Shown: piece after piece, positions 1 through 10,300 of the stretch
Position numbering within the stretch: the first letter of the stretch is position 1
Layout of the letters: each line of letters begins with the position of its first letter
Assembly (NCBI GenBank): GCA_964291315.2
Contig: OZ219750.1
Location: 192,001 to 256,000 of the forward strand
Length of the DNA stretch: 64,000 nucleotides
Origin: Candidatus Poribacteria bacterium
GTDB taxonomy: Bacteria > Poribacteria > WGA-4E > WGA-3G
Direction of reading: 5' to 3'
The notes under the pieces: generated by a model
Told to the model about the DNA's origin: nothing
Databases searched by the model: none
What the model saw: the letters and a program-made list of their open reading frames with translations, nothing else
Program-made: the position numbers and the translations under genes

Positions 1-194
1 ATAGAGATGTATTCACCGCGTTGGATTTGGAAATTGACCCCGCGAAGTGCATCAACGGTTTGTGTCCCCATCTCATAGCGTTTGATAAGGTTCCGTACGC
101 GGACTGTGTTTTCTTTCGGCAGGATGCGTTGGAACTGTTCTGGTGTTTCGGTGAGAATTGGGTTAACATCGTTTATTTCTGTGGGTATATTCAT
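1..194 (-). CDS. ABC transporter ATP-binding protein, LolD/MacB type (N-terminal part, runs off window)
   Basis: Not in ORF track. Manual translation from ATG at 194: MNIPTEINDVNPILTETPEQFQRILPKENTVRVRNLIKRYEMGTQTVDALRGVNFQIQRGEYIS, the typical 'K.Y.MG...V.AL.GV...I..GE' start before Walker A. AGGGG RBS upstream. Confidence 0.85.
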   Translation of the reverse strand, partial: MNIPTEINDVNPILTETPEQFQRILPKENTVRVRNLIKRYEMGTQTVDALRGVNFQIQRGEYIS

Positions 195-232
195 TTTTCC
201 CCTTATGAGTAGTTAGCATTATTTTTTTTCGC

Positions 233-700
233 TTACCGTCTCTGTAAGAATCCAAAGATGCCCTGTTTTTTAGGTTCGGGTTCTGGTGTTACGGGTGCAT
301 TCTGGTGGTTGTCAGGGATAGCGAACCCGATGAAATTTCGTTTGCCGAGTTGCTGCATAAACGTAAAGAGGGATGTTTCTGCTTCTTTTCGAGTGAGTTG
401 GTACTGATTTTGGACTCCTTTGATAATCTGTGAAATGGTATGCTTACCATCACACATTTTCCAGACGTAAGTTCCGATAGAATCCAGCACGATGACTCTT
501 TTATTAGGGAGCATGAAGAATTTGCTAGCAAGTCGTACCCAAAGTTTGTCTTTCTGTGGAACGACAAGTGAGGCTTCTCCTTTGTCATCTATTTCCCATG
601 TAATCAATTGATTTCGCACCGGAAACGATTTCATAACCTGTGTGCGGTCTACATCAGGGCGTTTCTTAAGCTTGAGGGTGTATAGGAGCTTGTTGATCAT
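233..700 (-). CDS. PqqD-family protein (RiPP recognition element-like)
   Basis: 'LDSIGTYVWKMCDGKHTISQIIKGVQNQYQLTRKEAETSLFTFMQQLGKRNFI' fits the PqqD/RRE winged-helix pattern (LD..G..vW...DG..T...I...l...Y.......L..Fl..L). Confidence 0.8.
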   Translation of the reverse strand: MINKLLYTLKLKKRPDVDRTQVMKSFPVRNQLITWEIDDKGEASLVVPQKDKLWVRLASKFFMLPNKRVIVLDSIGTYVWKMCDGKHTISQIIKGVQNQYQLTRKEAETSLFTFMQQLGKRNFIGFAIPDNHQNAPVTPEPEPKKQGIFGFLQRR

Positions 701-749
701 TTCATTCGTTATGGGTTATTTTATCTGACGGTTATGATGATAATAAGCA

Positions 750-1790
750 TTAATGGCATTCGATGCTCTCGGCGACTTTTTGTACAGTTGGATATGCATC
801 GATATTACTGATGGACTGAATAACATAGATACGATTAGAATGGTTGCATCGCCATAGATGAAAGACAAGTGTTGTCCGTTTAGACAGTTTGTCAAGCACT
901 AACACCGGTGTAAGCGGAACACTATCATAGAGTCGTGTCTGTTGTCCACTAAGGGTGAGGTGTTCATCTCCTGTGTCTGTGTGTGATTCTACTTTGAATC
1001 CGTAGCCGCGAATAGCTTTCGCATATTTGGCTCGGAACCATGCTTCAAGCGGATTTGGAGCTTCTTGATAGTCATTGAGCATCACCTCTGCGGGTCCGTA
1101 TCGTTCGACGCTGAGACTGCCTTTGTCAGGTAGCCGGGTCTGCTTGTTTTGAGTTTGAGATGCCGCGTTGTTCTGTAGCCGGTTACTTGTCGATTTAGCA
1201 AGTTGCATAACCCTTTGAAAATGTTCTTTTTTTGCAACGAAGGCAAATAGGAGATAACCGCTGAGCAGTTTTTGGCGTTCCAATTTATATTCTCTGGGGA
1301 CGCTGAGTTTAAGTCCATAAGCACTCCAGAGCGTTTGTGGTGTGCCGGTGTTGTCTGTAATTGACTGAAAGATTCGTAGGACTGTGGGTCGCCAGTTCTC
1401 TTTGAGCCGTCCCATTACTTGTACAATTGTAATCCGTTTTCCGGCATGGAAGATCAATCCGTTGGCCCGAATGCTGCCCTTCCAACTAAAACCGAGGACG
1501 GTGCGTCCTTCGAAGAACATCGGGTCTTTGATGAGGTTAACATTCCGCCGAAAGGAGAGCTCGGTGCCTTTCTTGTAGGTTTTGCGAATCAGCTTGAAGT
1601 ATTCGTCAAGTGTTGCATGAAGGTCCGGTTTTTTACGTCGGGTGTTTGCCCATTTGAGTTCAAGACGCGGCATATCTCCATCGTCGAGTCGCAGGTAACC
1701 TGTTTTCTGATCTCCGCTGAGTCCGCTGAGTTCCCATGTTGTTGGGATTTCGAGTTGTATGCCTGCCCAGCCAAAAACAGTCCAATCCAT
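750..1790 (-). CDS. Hypothetical protein (346 aa) with two internally similar halves
   Basis: Long ORF in the operon. 'FGWAGIQLEIPTTWEL...GYLRL' resembles 'WSAYGLKLSVPREYKL...GYLLF'. Confidence 0.75.
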   Translation of the reverse strand: MDWTVFGWAGIQLEIPTTWELSGLSGDQKTGYLRLDDGDMPRLELKWANTRRKKPDLHATLDEYFKLIRKTYKKGTELSFRRNVNLIKDPMFFEGRTVLGFSWKGSIRANGLIFHAGKRITIVQVMGRLKENWRPTVLRIFQSITDNTGTPQTLWSAYGLKLSVPREYKLERQKLLSGYLLFAFVAKKEHFQRVMQLAKSTSNRLQNNAASQTQNKQTRLPDKGSLSVERYGPAEVMLNDYQEAPNPLEAWFRAKYAKAIRGYGFKVESHTDTGDEHLTLSGQQTRLYDSVPLTPVLVLDKLSKRTTLVFHLWRCNHSNRIYVIQSISNIDAYPTVQKVAESIECH

Positions 1791-1881
1791 TTTTTATTGG
1801 CGGTCGGCGATTAAAGGTTAGCGATTGGAAACCAATCTCTAACCCATAATTGCTGACTGTTAACCCCTATTTGTCATTTCT

Positions 1882-1916
1882 CTGACTGTTGACTGTTGAC
1901 CGCTGATAACTGTTAA
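1882..1916 (+). repeat. Heptamer tandem repeat (CTGACTG/TTGACTG/TTGACCG/CTGATAA/CTGTTAA)
   Basis: Five consecutive 7-nt units read directly. Confidence 0.7.
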
Positions 1917-3901
1917 AACGGTTTCACAATGACGGCTTTGGAAACAAGAGCAATTGCGACGGTTCCCATGCCTATGAGACCGACTCCACAGGCGAATCCT
2001 GCTGCAAGCACTGGATTAAACATGTACCAGCGCCGCATTCCGAATCTTTTGATCATATAGAACCGCCCGATGATTGCGCCGAGGAGCCGTGTAATCATAC
2101 TTCCTGGGTCTCCTCCGATACCGCCAACGATGCCGTAGTACCACATTGAAGGCAGTTTGAAGATCCAAAGCATACCGTAGATTGCCAGGCTTGAAGTGAG
2201 TCCAGCGGCAACATAGTCCCCGCGAATGGCTTGGAGCATTTCGCTATTCCCGTCTCGGAGAGATGTTTTCAGGAGACATTCGTTTGTGGCATTAATCGGC
2301 CACATCATCTGGGCAAATGGGTACTGTGCACTGGGAATGGGCGCTATTTTCCAGATAAAGTGGAGTACCACAATACCACTGACGAGCAAGATCGGCATTA
2401 TCAAGAGTGTGCCTGCAAGATTTGAGGTAAAGGTTGTCCCGGTCAGTTCGAGGACTCGCCATCCCTGTGTGCCTCGTCCATAATCCTCGTCCGGTAGTGG
2501 TGCAAACCAGATATCTACCTCTTCGTAGCGACTCAAAATAAACGTAATTTCGTGTAGGTAAGGTAGTTCAAAGAGGTCCCGTCCCAAGACACCGAAGGTC
2601 CGTGCAGTGATATATGAATTAATCGGTGTGTAGAGGAAAGCATAGCCGATCAGGAAGCTGATTGGGAAATTTGGAACCATCCAGTGAATAAGCCACACAA
2701 AGCCGCCCATCCCGAGGAGCCACATTAATCCCATTAACCAGATTGGAAAATCGCCGCGGTTTGGAGGGGTCGCGAGGGAACCTCGTTGACCTGCTTTTTT
2801 CTGAGTTTTCCGTAGTTTAACGACCATGGGAATTGAAGCGGCGAGTCCAACAAGCGCGAGGCTAAAGGATTTACCCATGCCATAACTAATCCAGAAGTCC
2901 AGGTTGTTGAACAAGGTGACGCCGCGGACATCCAACCCGGGTGTCCACTGGTTAAGGATCTCATAGCGGTATAAGATTTGCGGGTTCAAGATAAATTGAG
3001 ATGCCATTGCGGTGAGGAACTCTGTCATAACGACTGGGAACGGCAGCACGAACCCAATGAGCATCTGTCCAAAGTCAGTTCGGAAAGCGAAGACACCTGT
3101 TGGTGCGAAACCTTCAATACTTTGCGTGAAGTCTATCCACGGAATTTTCAGGATTTGGATGGGTTGGCTCATCATAACCCCAGTTAGTGAAGGCACCCCG
3201 ATATAGAGAAAGCCCCAGATTAATCCTGCCATAGAGCCGATGGAGAAGACTCGCCATCGCCATGTTTCTTCTTTCCCGGTGGTTTCTGCTAGTGCGGTTG
3301 CTCCCTGGGCGGCAATTGGGGCCATCGGGTATGGGAGTCGCTCTAGGTCAGCCGTGAGGCGAAATAAGATATATTGCCCGCTGACAAACCGCAAGGTGCC
3401 GAGCAGCTTCCCGGCGAGGTAGACGGCGATAGGCAGCAACCAGTCTGGATGCAACAGGCTTCGAGTGAGCACCCCGACGGAATCTCCTGCTGGCACGATC
3501 CATTCCGGGATTTTGTCTGCGATCTCATAAGAAGCGGCTTGTGGTGTATTGACAAAGTAGGCGTACCAGATAAAGTTCCGGTATTGTAGCCCGCTGCCGA
3601 CAGCCGCTCCTGTTAAGGAGAGGAGCATATAGAGCTCCTGCCGTCTTGCTGTTGTAAAGGAGCGCCGCGCGAGTTCGGTAAATAGAATAACGGCCACCCA
3701 AGGTGCTGCTTCAGCACCGGATTGACCGGATACGTAACTGAGATAAATGGCGCCTGGCATCATCAGCAAGCCAACGAAGAGTGCTCCGAGGAACACCTTG
3801 ACCGTTAAGCCCGACTCGAAGGTACGGATACCTCCTTCAATATCGTATCTTTGTGCCCAAGCTTGCCACTCATCTGCTTGTGATACTCTTTCTCTCGCCA
3901 A
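1913..3901 (-). CDS. OPT (oligopeptide transporter) superfamily-like polytopic membrane protein
   Basis: 662 aa with many hydrophobic helices, 'GLTVKVFLGALFVG' near the N-terminus and 'ERLPYPMAPIAA' (OPT-like LP[FY]P motif). TTG start with AGGAG RBS. Confidence 0.65.
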   Translation of the reverse strand: MARERVSQADEWQAWAQRYDIEGGIRTFESGLTVKVFLGALFVGLLMMPGAIYLSYVSGQSGAEAAPWVAVILFTELARRSFTTARRQELYMLLSLTGAAVGSGLQYRNFIWYAYFVNTPQAASYEIADKIPEWIVPAGDSVGVLTRSLLHPDWLLPIAVYLAGKLLGTLRFVSGQYILFRLTADLERLPYPMAPIAAQGATALAETTGKEETWRWRVFSIGSMAGLIWGFLYIGVPSLTGVMMSQPIQILKIPWIDFTQSIEGFAPTGVFAFRTDFGQMLIGFVLPFPVVMTEFLTAMASQFILNPQILYRYEILNQWTPGLDVRGVTLFNNLDFWISYGMGKSFSLALVGLAASIPMVVKLRKTQKKAGQRGSLATPPNRGDFPIWLMGLMWLLGMGGFVWLIHWMVPNFPISFLIGYAFLYTPINSYITARTFGVLGRDLFELPYLHEITFILSRYEEVDIWFAPLPDEDYGRGTQGWRVLELTGTTFTSNLAGTLLIMPILLVSGIVVLHFIWKIAPIPSAQYPFAQMMWPINATNECLLKTSLRDGNSEMLQAIRGDYVAAGLTSSLAIYGMLWIFKLPSMWYYGIVGGIGGDPGSMITRLLGAIIGRFYMIKRFGMRRWYMFNPVLAAGFACGVGLIGMGTVAIALVSKAVIVKPF

Positions 3902-3923
3902 ATTGAATGTTCTCCTTTTATTC

Positions 3924-3985
3924 GTTATCGGTTGTTGGTAAGAGATATTTCTTTTTGGGAACCAACAACTGATGCCCGATAACTA
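3924..3985. repeat. Imperfect inverted repeat built from heptamer units
   Basis: GTTATCGGTTGTTGGT ... ACCAACAACTGATGCCCGATAAC. Confidence 0.6.
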
Positions 3986-4001
3986 ATTCTTCTTGTCGTC
4001 T

Positions 4002-4178
4002 TCACTCTTCAGAGCCATCGGTATCTCGTAATTCTTCCCAGAAGTGTGCGGTGAAGATGCCAATTGTCAACACGAGTGCTGAGAGCATTTGCCACTGCCA
4101 CCGTCCTTCGAGAACGAGAATACTGAACAGCCATAAGAGGGTGCCAATAATGATGATAAAACCTGCTAATTTTTCCAT
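4002..4178 (-). CDS. Small two-TM membrane protein (58 aa), below ORF-track cutoff
   Basis: MEKLAGFIIIIGTLLWLFSILVLEGRWQWQMLSALVLTIGIFTAHFWEELRDTDGSEE; co-oriented inside the operon, with two clean hydrophobic helices. Confidence 0.7.
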   Translation of the reverse strand: MEKLAGFIIIIGTLLWLFSILVLEGRWQWQMLSALVLTIGIFTAHFWEELRDTDGSEE

Positions 4179-4305
4179 TTCTTATCGCTTTCGGTTCCTG
4201 AAGCGTTCGGCTGTGCTTCATTCGCAGCGTTTGGCAACCTGTCTGTATGTGTTGCGATACGATCTGCTGACAGCTGAAAGCGGGGTTCCGAGTGCTATTC
4301 CTCCT

Positions 4306-7300
4306 TTAATCTGCGGGTGCTAGGATGGGGTCGAGCTGTTCTGTTGCTGGTGCGTCGGTTCCTTCCGTTCTACCGCGTTCATGGAATTCTGCCCGGATAT
4401 CAACACTGAATGTCCGCCAAATTAGAAGTTGTTTCCGCAGTAGGTTGAGGAAACGTCGGTTTACACGTTTCCAAGAGGCGATCTCGCCACTCTCGCGATG
4501 CACATCGAGTGTAATTTTATAGAGGTCTTCCTCTTCGCCGCCTACAGGGGATGTAACGAATTGTATGGACTGGCTTACCCCTAAGTCATACGGTGCTAAC
4601 CATACCATCATGCCAATCTGGTAGGCATCTTCGCCTTCGGATTCTATAGTACTGAATGCGACCTGGTCGGTATAGAAATCGCTAGCGGACTCGTCTGAGT
4701 GTGCCTCGAAATAGTCGCGCATAAACACATTCAAACCGAGTGCTTCCTCTTCAAGGACGGTGAATGGGAGATTGAAATGCCATACATCCCCTTCGGGTTC
4801 TGGGAGTTTCCATTTGCGTTCGATGTCGGGTACCGCCATGCGTGAAGCCTTGAATGCCGGATACATGGTACTGAGTAAGACGACGAGCATGACGATAATT
4901 GTTGCGACGACAGTTGACATTGAGGAATAGTTGAGTGTTAATCCGGCAAGCCATCCGAAGCTTACGAGCGTTGTTGCGATTGCTTGCCCCATGAGGTAGC
5001 CTAGAACGGCCCCGACGATAGCATATACGCATGCCTCAGCAAAGAATAGGAAGGCGATGTGTATCGGGGCGAGTCCGACAGAGCTGTAGATACTGATCTC
5101 TCGAACACGTTCATAGACTGCGCCAAGCATCGTGTTGAGAACGATAAGTGCAGCGATGAGAATCGGAACGAATAGGTTACCCATGCCGCTGAAACTCGTC
5201 ATCCCGATACTGCTGTAAAGATATGTGTCTTTATCCCGTCCTACGAAGAAGTCGAGAGCGATCCGGTTCATGAGCGGTGCCATGATGAGGTCTAACTTAT
5301 CAATGGCGCTTAACAACTTCGGGTCATTTTCTTGTGGTTCCATGTTAACAGCGACGCTTCGGAGGGTGCCGCCTTGGTTCATAACCACATCATATGGAAG
5401 AATAGCGACGCTGTCCGGCGTGAGGTGGAGATATTTCTGTAATTCACCTTCGAGTGTTTCATCGCCGGTTGCCCCCCGGCTGCGTTGTTGTTGCATCAAC
5501 TGATAATCAACAGGCGTTAGTTCTTCGCCATCATTGTCTGTGAGGTCCTTGAAACCGATGCCGAGGACACCGACAACGGTGAAGTCTGCGCCGTAGACGG
5601 AGACAGTTGCTTTTCCCATGTCACTTTCCGTGATTTTCAGTAGTTCTGCCATTCCTTTGGGTAGCACGATAGCGTAGGGCCATTCTGTTGGCCAGTTCTG
5701 GGCATCTGCGGGCTCGAACCATTTTCCGTACTGCAGGTATCTGTTGATACTACTGACCTCGGGTTCTGCTTCGCTCATTCCGACTAGCATATTTGCTGCA
5801 AAAGTTAGTGCTTCCCCTGTGAGTGCATGTGTTGGTGGTGCTGGGTCTGCGGAATTTGCTGTCCGTGTAAGTTGAACGAAGGATTGGTCTCCAGTACCTG
5901 AAGATTGATACCATGCGCGTGGTGCGATGGAATTCCGAACGATTACGACGGCTTCCTCATCTACCTGTTCAATGAAGCCGCCTTGTTCTAAGGCTGCTCG
6001 GGTTTCTGCAATATCAACGGGCTGTTGTCCGTCCTTGATAAGGCGTTCATTTTTCCGTTCTAGGAGGCGTTCGAAGGCGGTAACGGTGATTTGCGTCTTT
6101 TGCAGGTCGTTCAATACGGAGGTAAGCACAGGTTCCTCTAGGGGTCGCCAGTATTGATCTCGTATGAGGAGACCTGTGTAGCGAGGGGTTACCTGCGGGA
6201 GGCTTGTTCTATTCGGATGCATAAACGTTCGAACAGAAGTAAAGGAAATGACAGTAAACGTGAGGATAACCAATGTACAGCAAGTTAGGATTGTTCTTCC
6301 TTTCCGTTTTCGCATGTTGGAAATTCCAAGGCTGAAGGCTGCAGCACTTGCGCTCAGTCTACCAACGTCTGCTTTGTAGACTTTGCTGCCCTCCTGTCGA
6401 ATCTTTTCGAGTTGTTCCTCGAATTTTCGGACAATGATAAAGATAACAATAACCGTCAAAGCAAGCACAACGAACGCTATTAGGATAATTACCGGGGTTG
6501 TTGTAATCTGGAATGCCGGATGGACCTGGCTTAGGAAGAAAAACACGAGTAAAAAGATTCCAAATGAGCCTAGAATCTGTTTATGGATGTTAGGGAAACC
6601 GAAGATGAGGCGTTCCATGAAGTAAGCAAAAGGCATCAACAAGGCGAGGTAGAACATTACACCGTTGACAACATCGTTGCCGGTCTGTTTGACATCGGGG
6701 TATGCGCGTGATTCGTAGCCCCAGGCGGCGCGTGCAAGTTTGAGTGCTTGCTGGTAATCATTTTGTAATAGCTCAGTCTCTGCGCGTGCGAGATAATCAT
6801 TCGCGAACTGGTGGAGTTTGTCTAGGCGGTCACTAGAGATACCGAAACGTTTATAGAGTTGTGATCGGTTTTCATCGAGCCACCACATGTCGCGAACGAC
6901 GACATAAGGCGTGAGGCGGATTCGTCCGTTCTCACGGACGACAAATCCTTCGCCGGTGTAAAGCGTTGGGTTTTTCATACCGCTCTTCGTGGCTTTAATA
7001 AGTAAGAGGCGTTTACCGATTTGTCCGTAAGCCATTCCGACTTTAATCCGGGTATTTGGTTCGCTATAAACGAGGGCAATTGGTTCGGCTGCTGAGACTC
7101 CTTCCTGCTGCCACGGTTTTGACATTCCAAATTTCTCTGGTGCACTATCGGTGAGGGCATCATAAATTTCAAGTTCGCGAAGAGTTCTCAAATACCGCTG
7201 ATCCACCAGATCATAGATAGTTGTGGAGACACATGGGAATGTGACGACCCTACAACCGCGTCTGCGCGTGTTGATTGGGATTTGGTTAGGGAGCAGTTTC

Positions 7301-10300
7301 GCGCCGTAATCCCCTAGATCGGGGGCATAGACTATGTCCCCGGAGTGTGGGTCAAGAATGTATGCTTCGACTTCTTGCACTCCGCCAAGACGGCGTGTAG
7401 CTCTGCCTTCCATGGCTAACCCGGCAACTTCGAAATTTCCTTTGTTATCTCCCATCACAAACAAGTCTCCGCGCACTCCCATCATGCTTTTATGCTTTCT
7501 TCGGAGTGTCAGGATAGGGTAAGGTACTGGTTTATTCGGTAGTGCGGACTCGCGGGCATCAAACTCAACAACATCGCCGAAGAGATTGCAATAGAAATTT
7601 CCGACGCGCGCGGCGGTCGGCATTTCTTCATCGCGGAGTGCTTGGATGAGTAATGATGCTAGGGTTTGTGCCTGTTGGTGGAGGTTGCCGCCTTCGCGCA
7701 GATCGACTCGTTCAATGGTGTCGAGGGGTGTATCGGTTAAAACGCGTGCATCCTCAATGGTTGCGAAAGCGATGCCAGTCTTTCCGACGAGTGTTGCGAC
7801 TTCGCTGTCGAAGGCAATCTTGCCGGGAATATAGGTTTTCCACGTTTTCCCGCCACTTGCTGAGATAGCATTCACAAAGTTTGAATCCCCGCCGAGCCCC
7901 GCGATTGAAATGAGGGTTTTAATGTCGTCGATTTCGTCATCAGAGAAGGTTTCAGGGTCCTCGTGTCGGAGGCGGAGCATTGCGTCCAGTTGTTCGCGCG
8001 TCCGAATGTTGTTTTTTCGATTCTTCTTTGCAGTGCGGACATCGTTTCGAATGAAGCGTTCAACCTCTTTTCGGATATAATCCATATCCTTGAGCATGTC
8101 CTCGGAGGGTTCGCCTTGGTTACGCCACTGCTCAAACTGCATTTTCATCAAGCGGCTCACCCCACTGAGCCCGGTGAGCTTCCCGAAGTGTGAGCTGAGC
8201 AAAGTTTCAAGGGTTTTTCCTTCGAGAGCCGATTTATCGGAGATTCCGTCTGCAACAGTCCATTGGCGTTCCATAACAGCTTGTCGAATCTGGTCATCTG
8301 TCCATTGCCAGAGTTTTCGGACGCGAACCCCGAAGTCAGCATCTTCTGCGTAGGAGGCGAGTTGATTGCCGATGCTTGCAAATTCACGACGTAGGACGAA
8401 TTCAGGTTGCTGGTCATAGAACCACCCTTTATTGAAGACCCCGAACTGATTGGACTGTGAAGAGAGATCAATGCTAACATAGAGAGAGGTATAGTAGCGA
8501 TTGAAGAGGTCTTGCAGAGCGATAGCGGCTTCGATTTGTCCAAGTTTCCGATTATATTCACCTGTATCAATGCGGAGCATCTTTTCAACGCGGCTTTGGA
8601 TGTTGCGAAATCGCGCGTTTCGGAGGGTTAGCAGGTTATCTCGCAAAAGCACCTTCGTTTCTGCATCGAGGTCGGTGTCGAGTGTAGGCAACCTTTCCCT
8701 GAGATTTTCAAGTGCTACGATGTCCGATTCTGCGCGTTTTTTGGCGGTTTCTAGTAGTTCTGTTTCGATAATGTGTGATGCGATCTGAGCGCGTAAGCTA
8801 AGTATTTGCTCCACTTCACTGTCTGAGAGGTAATTTTTCAAGATAAGTTTTTCTTCGGCGAGGTGTTCTCTTCCGAGCGTTCCGGCGGTTGCGATTAAGT
8901 TCTGAATACGCGTTCGCTCCAAGCGCGCGTTTCGAAGTCCGATTTCAAATATACTCTGCTTGTCTTTGAGCAGATCTGCGATTAAGACAGCAGCATCAGA
9001 AGAGTCATTGGATTCGGTTAAGCGTTGTCGGAGTTGTGCGTCGATAGAGTTCAACCGTTCGATACCGGCTTTGGAAATAAATTTCCCGCTGTAGAGTAGG
9101 GGGCTGTTGGTGTCTTGAGACGAGGGCGTTTCCTTGAGTTTGCGAATACTCGTCTTAATCTGGTCTTCAAAAGACTGGCTATCAGGGATTTTGACTAAGA
9201 CTTTTTCGAGGAGCTGGACTTCCGCTTGAATAGAGATCTGTTGGGATTGGTCGGATTTACGTAGAATGCTCCGAGCGTTTTTAGCTTCATCAAGCCCATG
9301 TAGATCAAGGTGCCTGTCCATTATTTTTTCAGGTGTCCACATTAGGGCAAATTTGCGTTTATCCGCCATCTCCCAGTCTGCAAGTGTCTGGTTTAGCATC
9401 TCAATGTCTGGGATGAGTTCTTTTGGGAGGTCCTGCGGAACTGGGATTTTCCATTCTGATCCTTGCTTTATAGGCATTAGATATGCTTCGTTTGGATGCG
9501 TAGCATATTTATCAGCAGTATTGGTTTTTATGGCATGAGTGAGTTTTCCTATAGCCCATGTGTCAAGTCGGGCGATCGGTAGTGCGACTGTTTCGATGAG
9601 TTCACGTTGTGCTATTCGGCTTGTGTTCAGGGCAACGGCGCGAACATCGGCCAACTCCTTGACAATATCCCGTAGGAAGTGCGTTGTTTGTAGTGTTTCC
9701 TTTTTTGACCGTGCAAGGTTCGCAAGTAATATGCTTTTTTCTTCATCAGTGAACTCTTGTTTTTCGCGTTTCCGGTTTCTATCGGCTTGTTTTTTCTGGC
9801 GTTCTGAAAAGTCGCGCTGTCGGTTTGTAAGGTCTTCGATCTCGGCGCGAGTTTCTGCCAAGCCGTCTAAGGTGGTCATCAGGGATTCTAGGTCAGATTT
9901 TACTCTATGTATGCCGTGGAAGAAATCAGAGGGGAGATCAACTAAGACGCTTCGATCGATTGAGAGCAAGAGTCTTCTGCCCAATTCTTCGAATTCGATA
10001 ACGTCTGTGGAGAGGCCGCGGCGTAGCCCGTGCATGGTCGGTGTTCCGGGAGAATCTGTGTCGCTGCCAACAATATCCTGGCCAATCCCTTCCATGAATG
10101 CGCGCATGCCAGCGAGTCCTTGAAAGTGTCCGTCGACTGCGACAAAAAGCACAGAATAACCCGGCCGGTATTGGGGAAGGCTGAAGAGTCTCGCTAGTTC
10201 CATGAGGGTGGCAATACCACAAGTCGGATCTGCTCCAGGGGCCATAGCAGGTACAATGGACATAGAATCATAGTAAGCAGTGAGGACGATGAGTTCATCG

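Noticed and set aside
21-212. 63-aa plus-strand ORF
   Set aside because: Antisense shadow of the ABC ATPase read on the minus strand.
4009-4323. ORFs 4009-4221 (-) and 4051-4323 (+)
   Set aside because: No protein-like features; the 4002-4178 frame gives a much better membrane protein.
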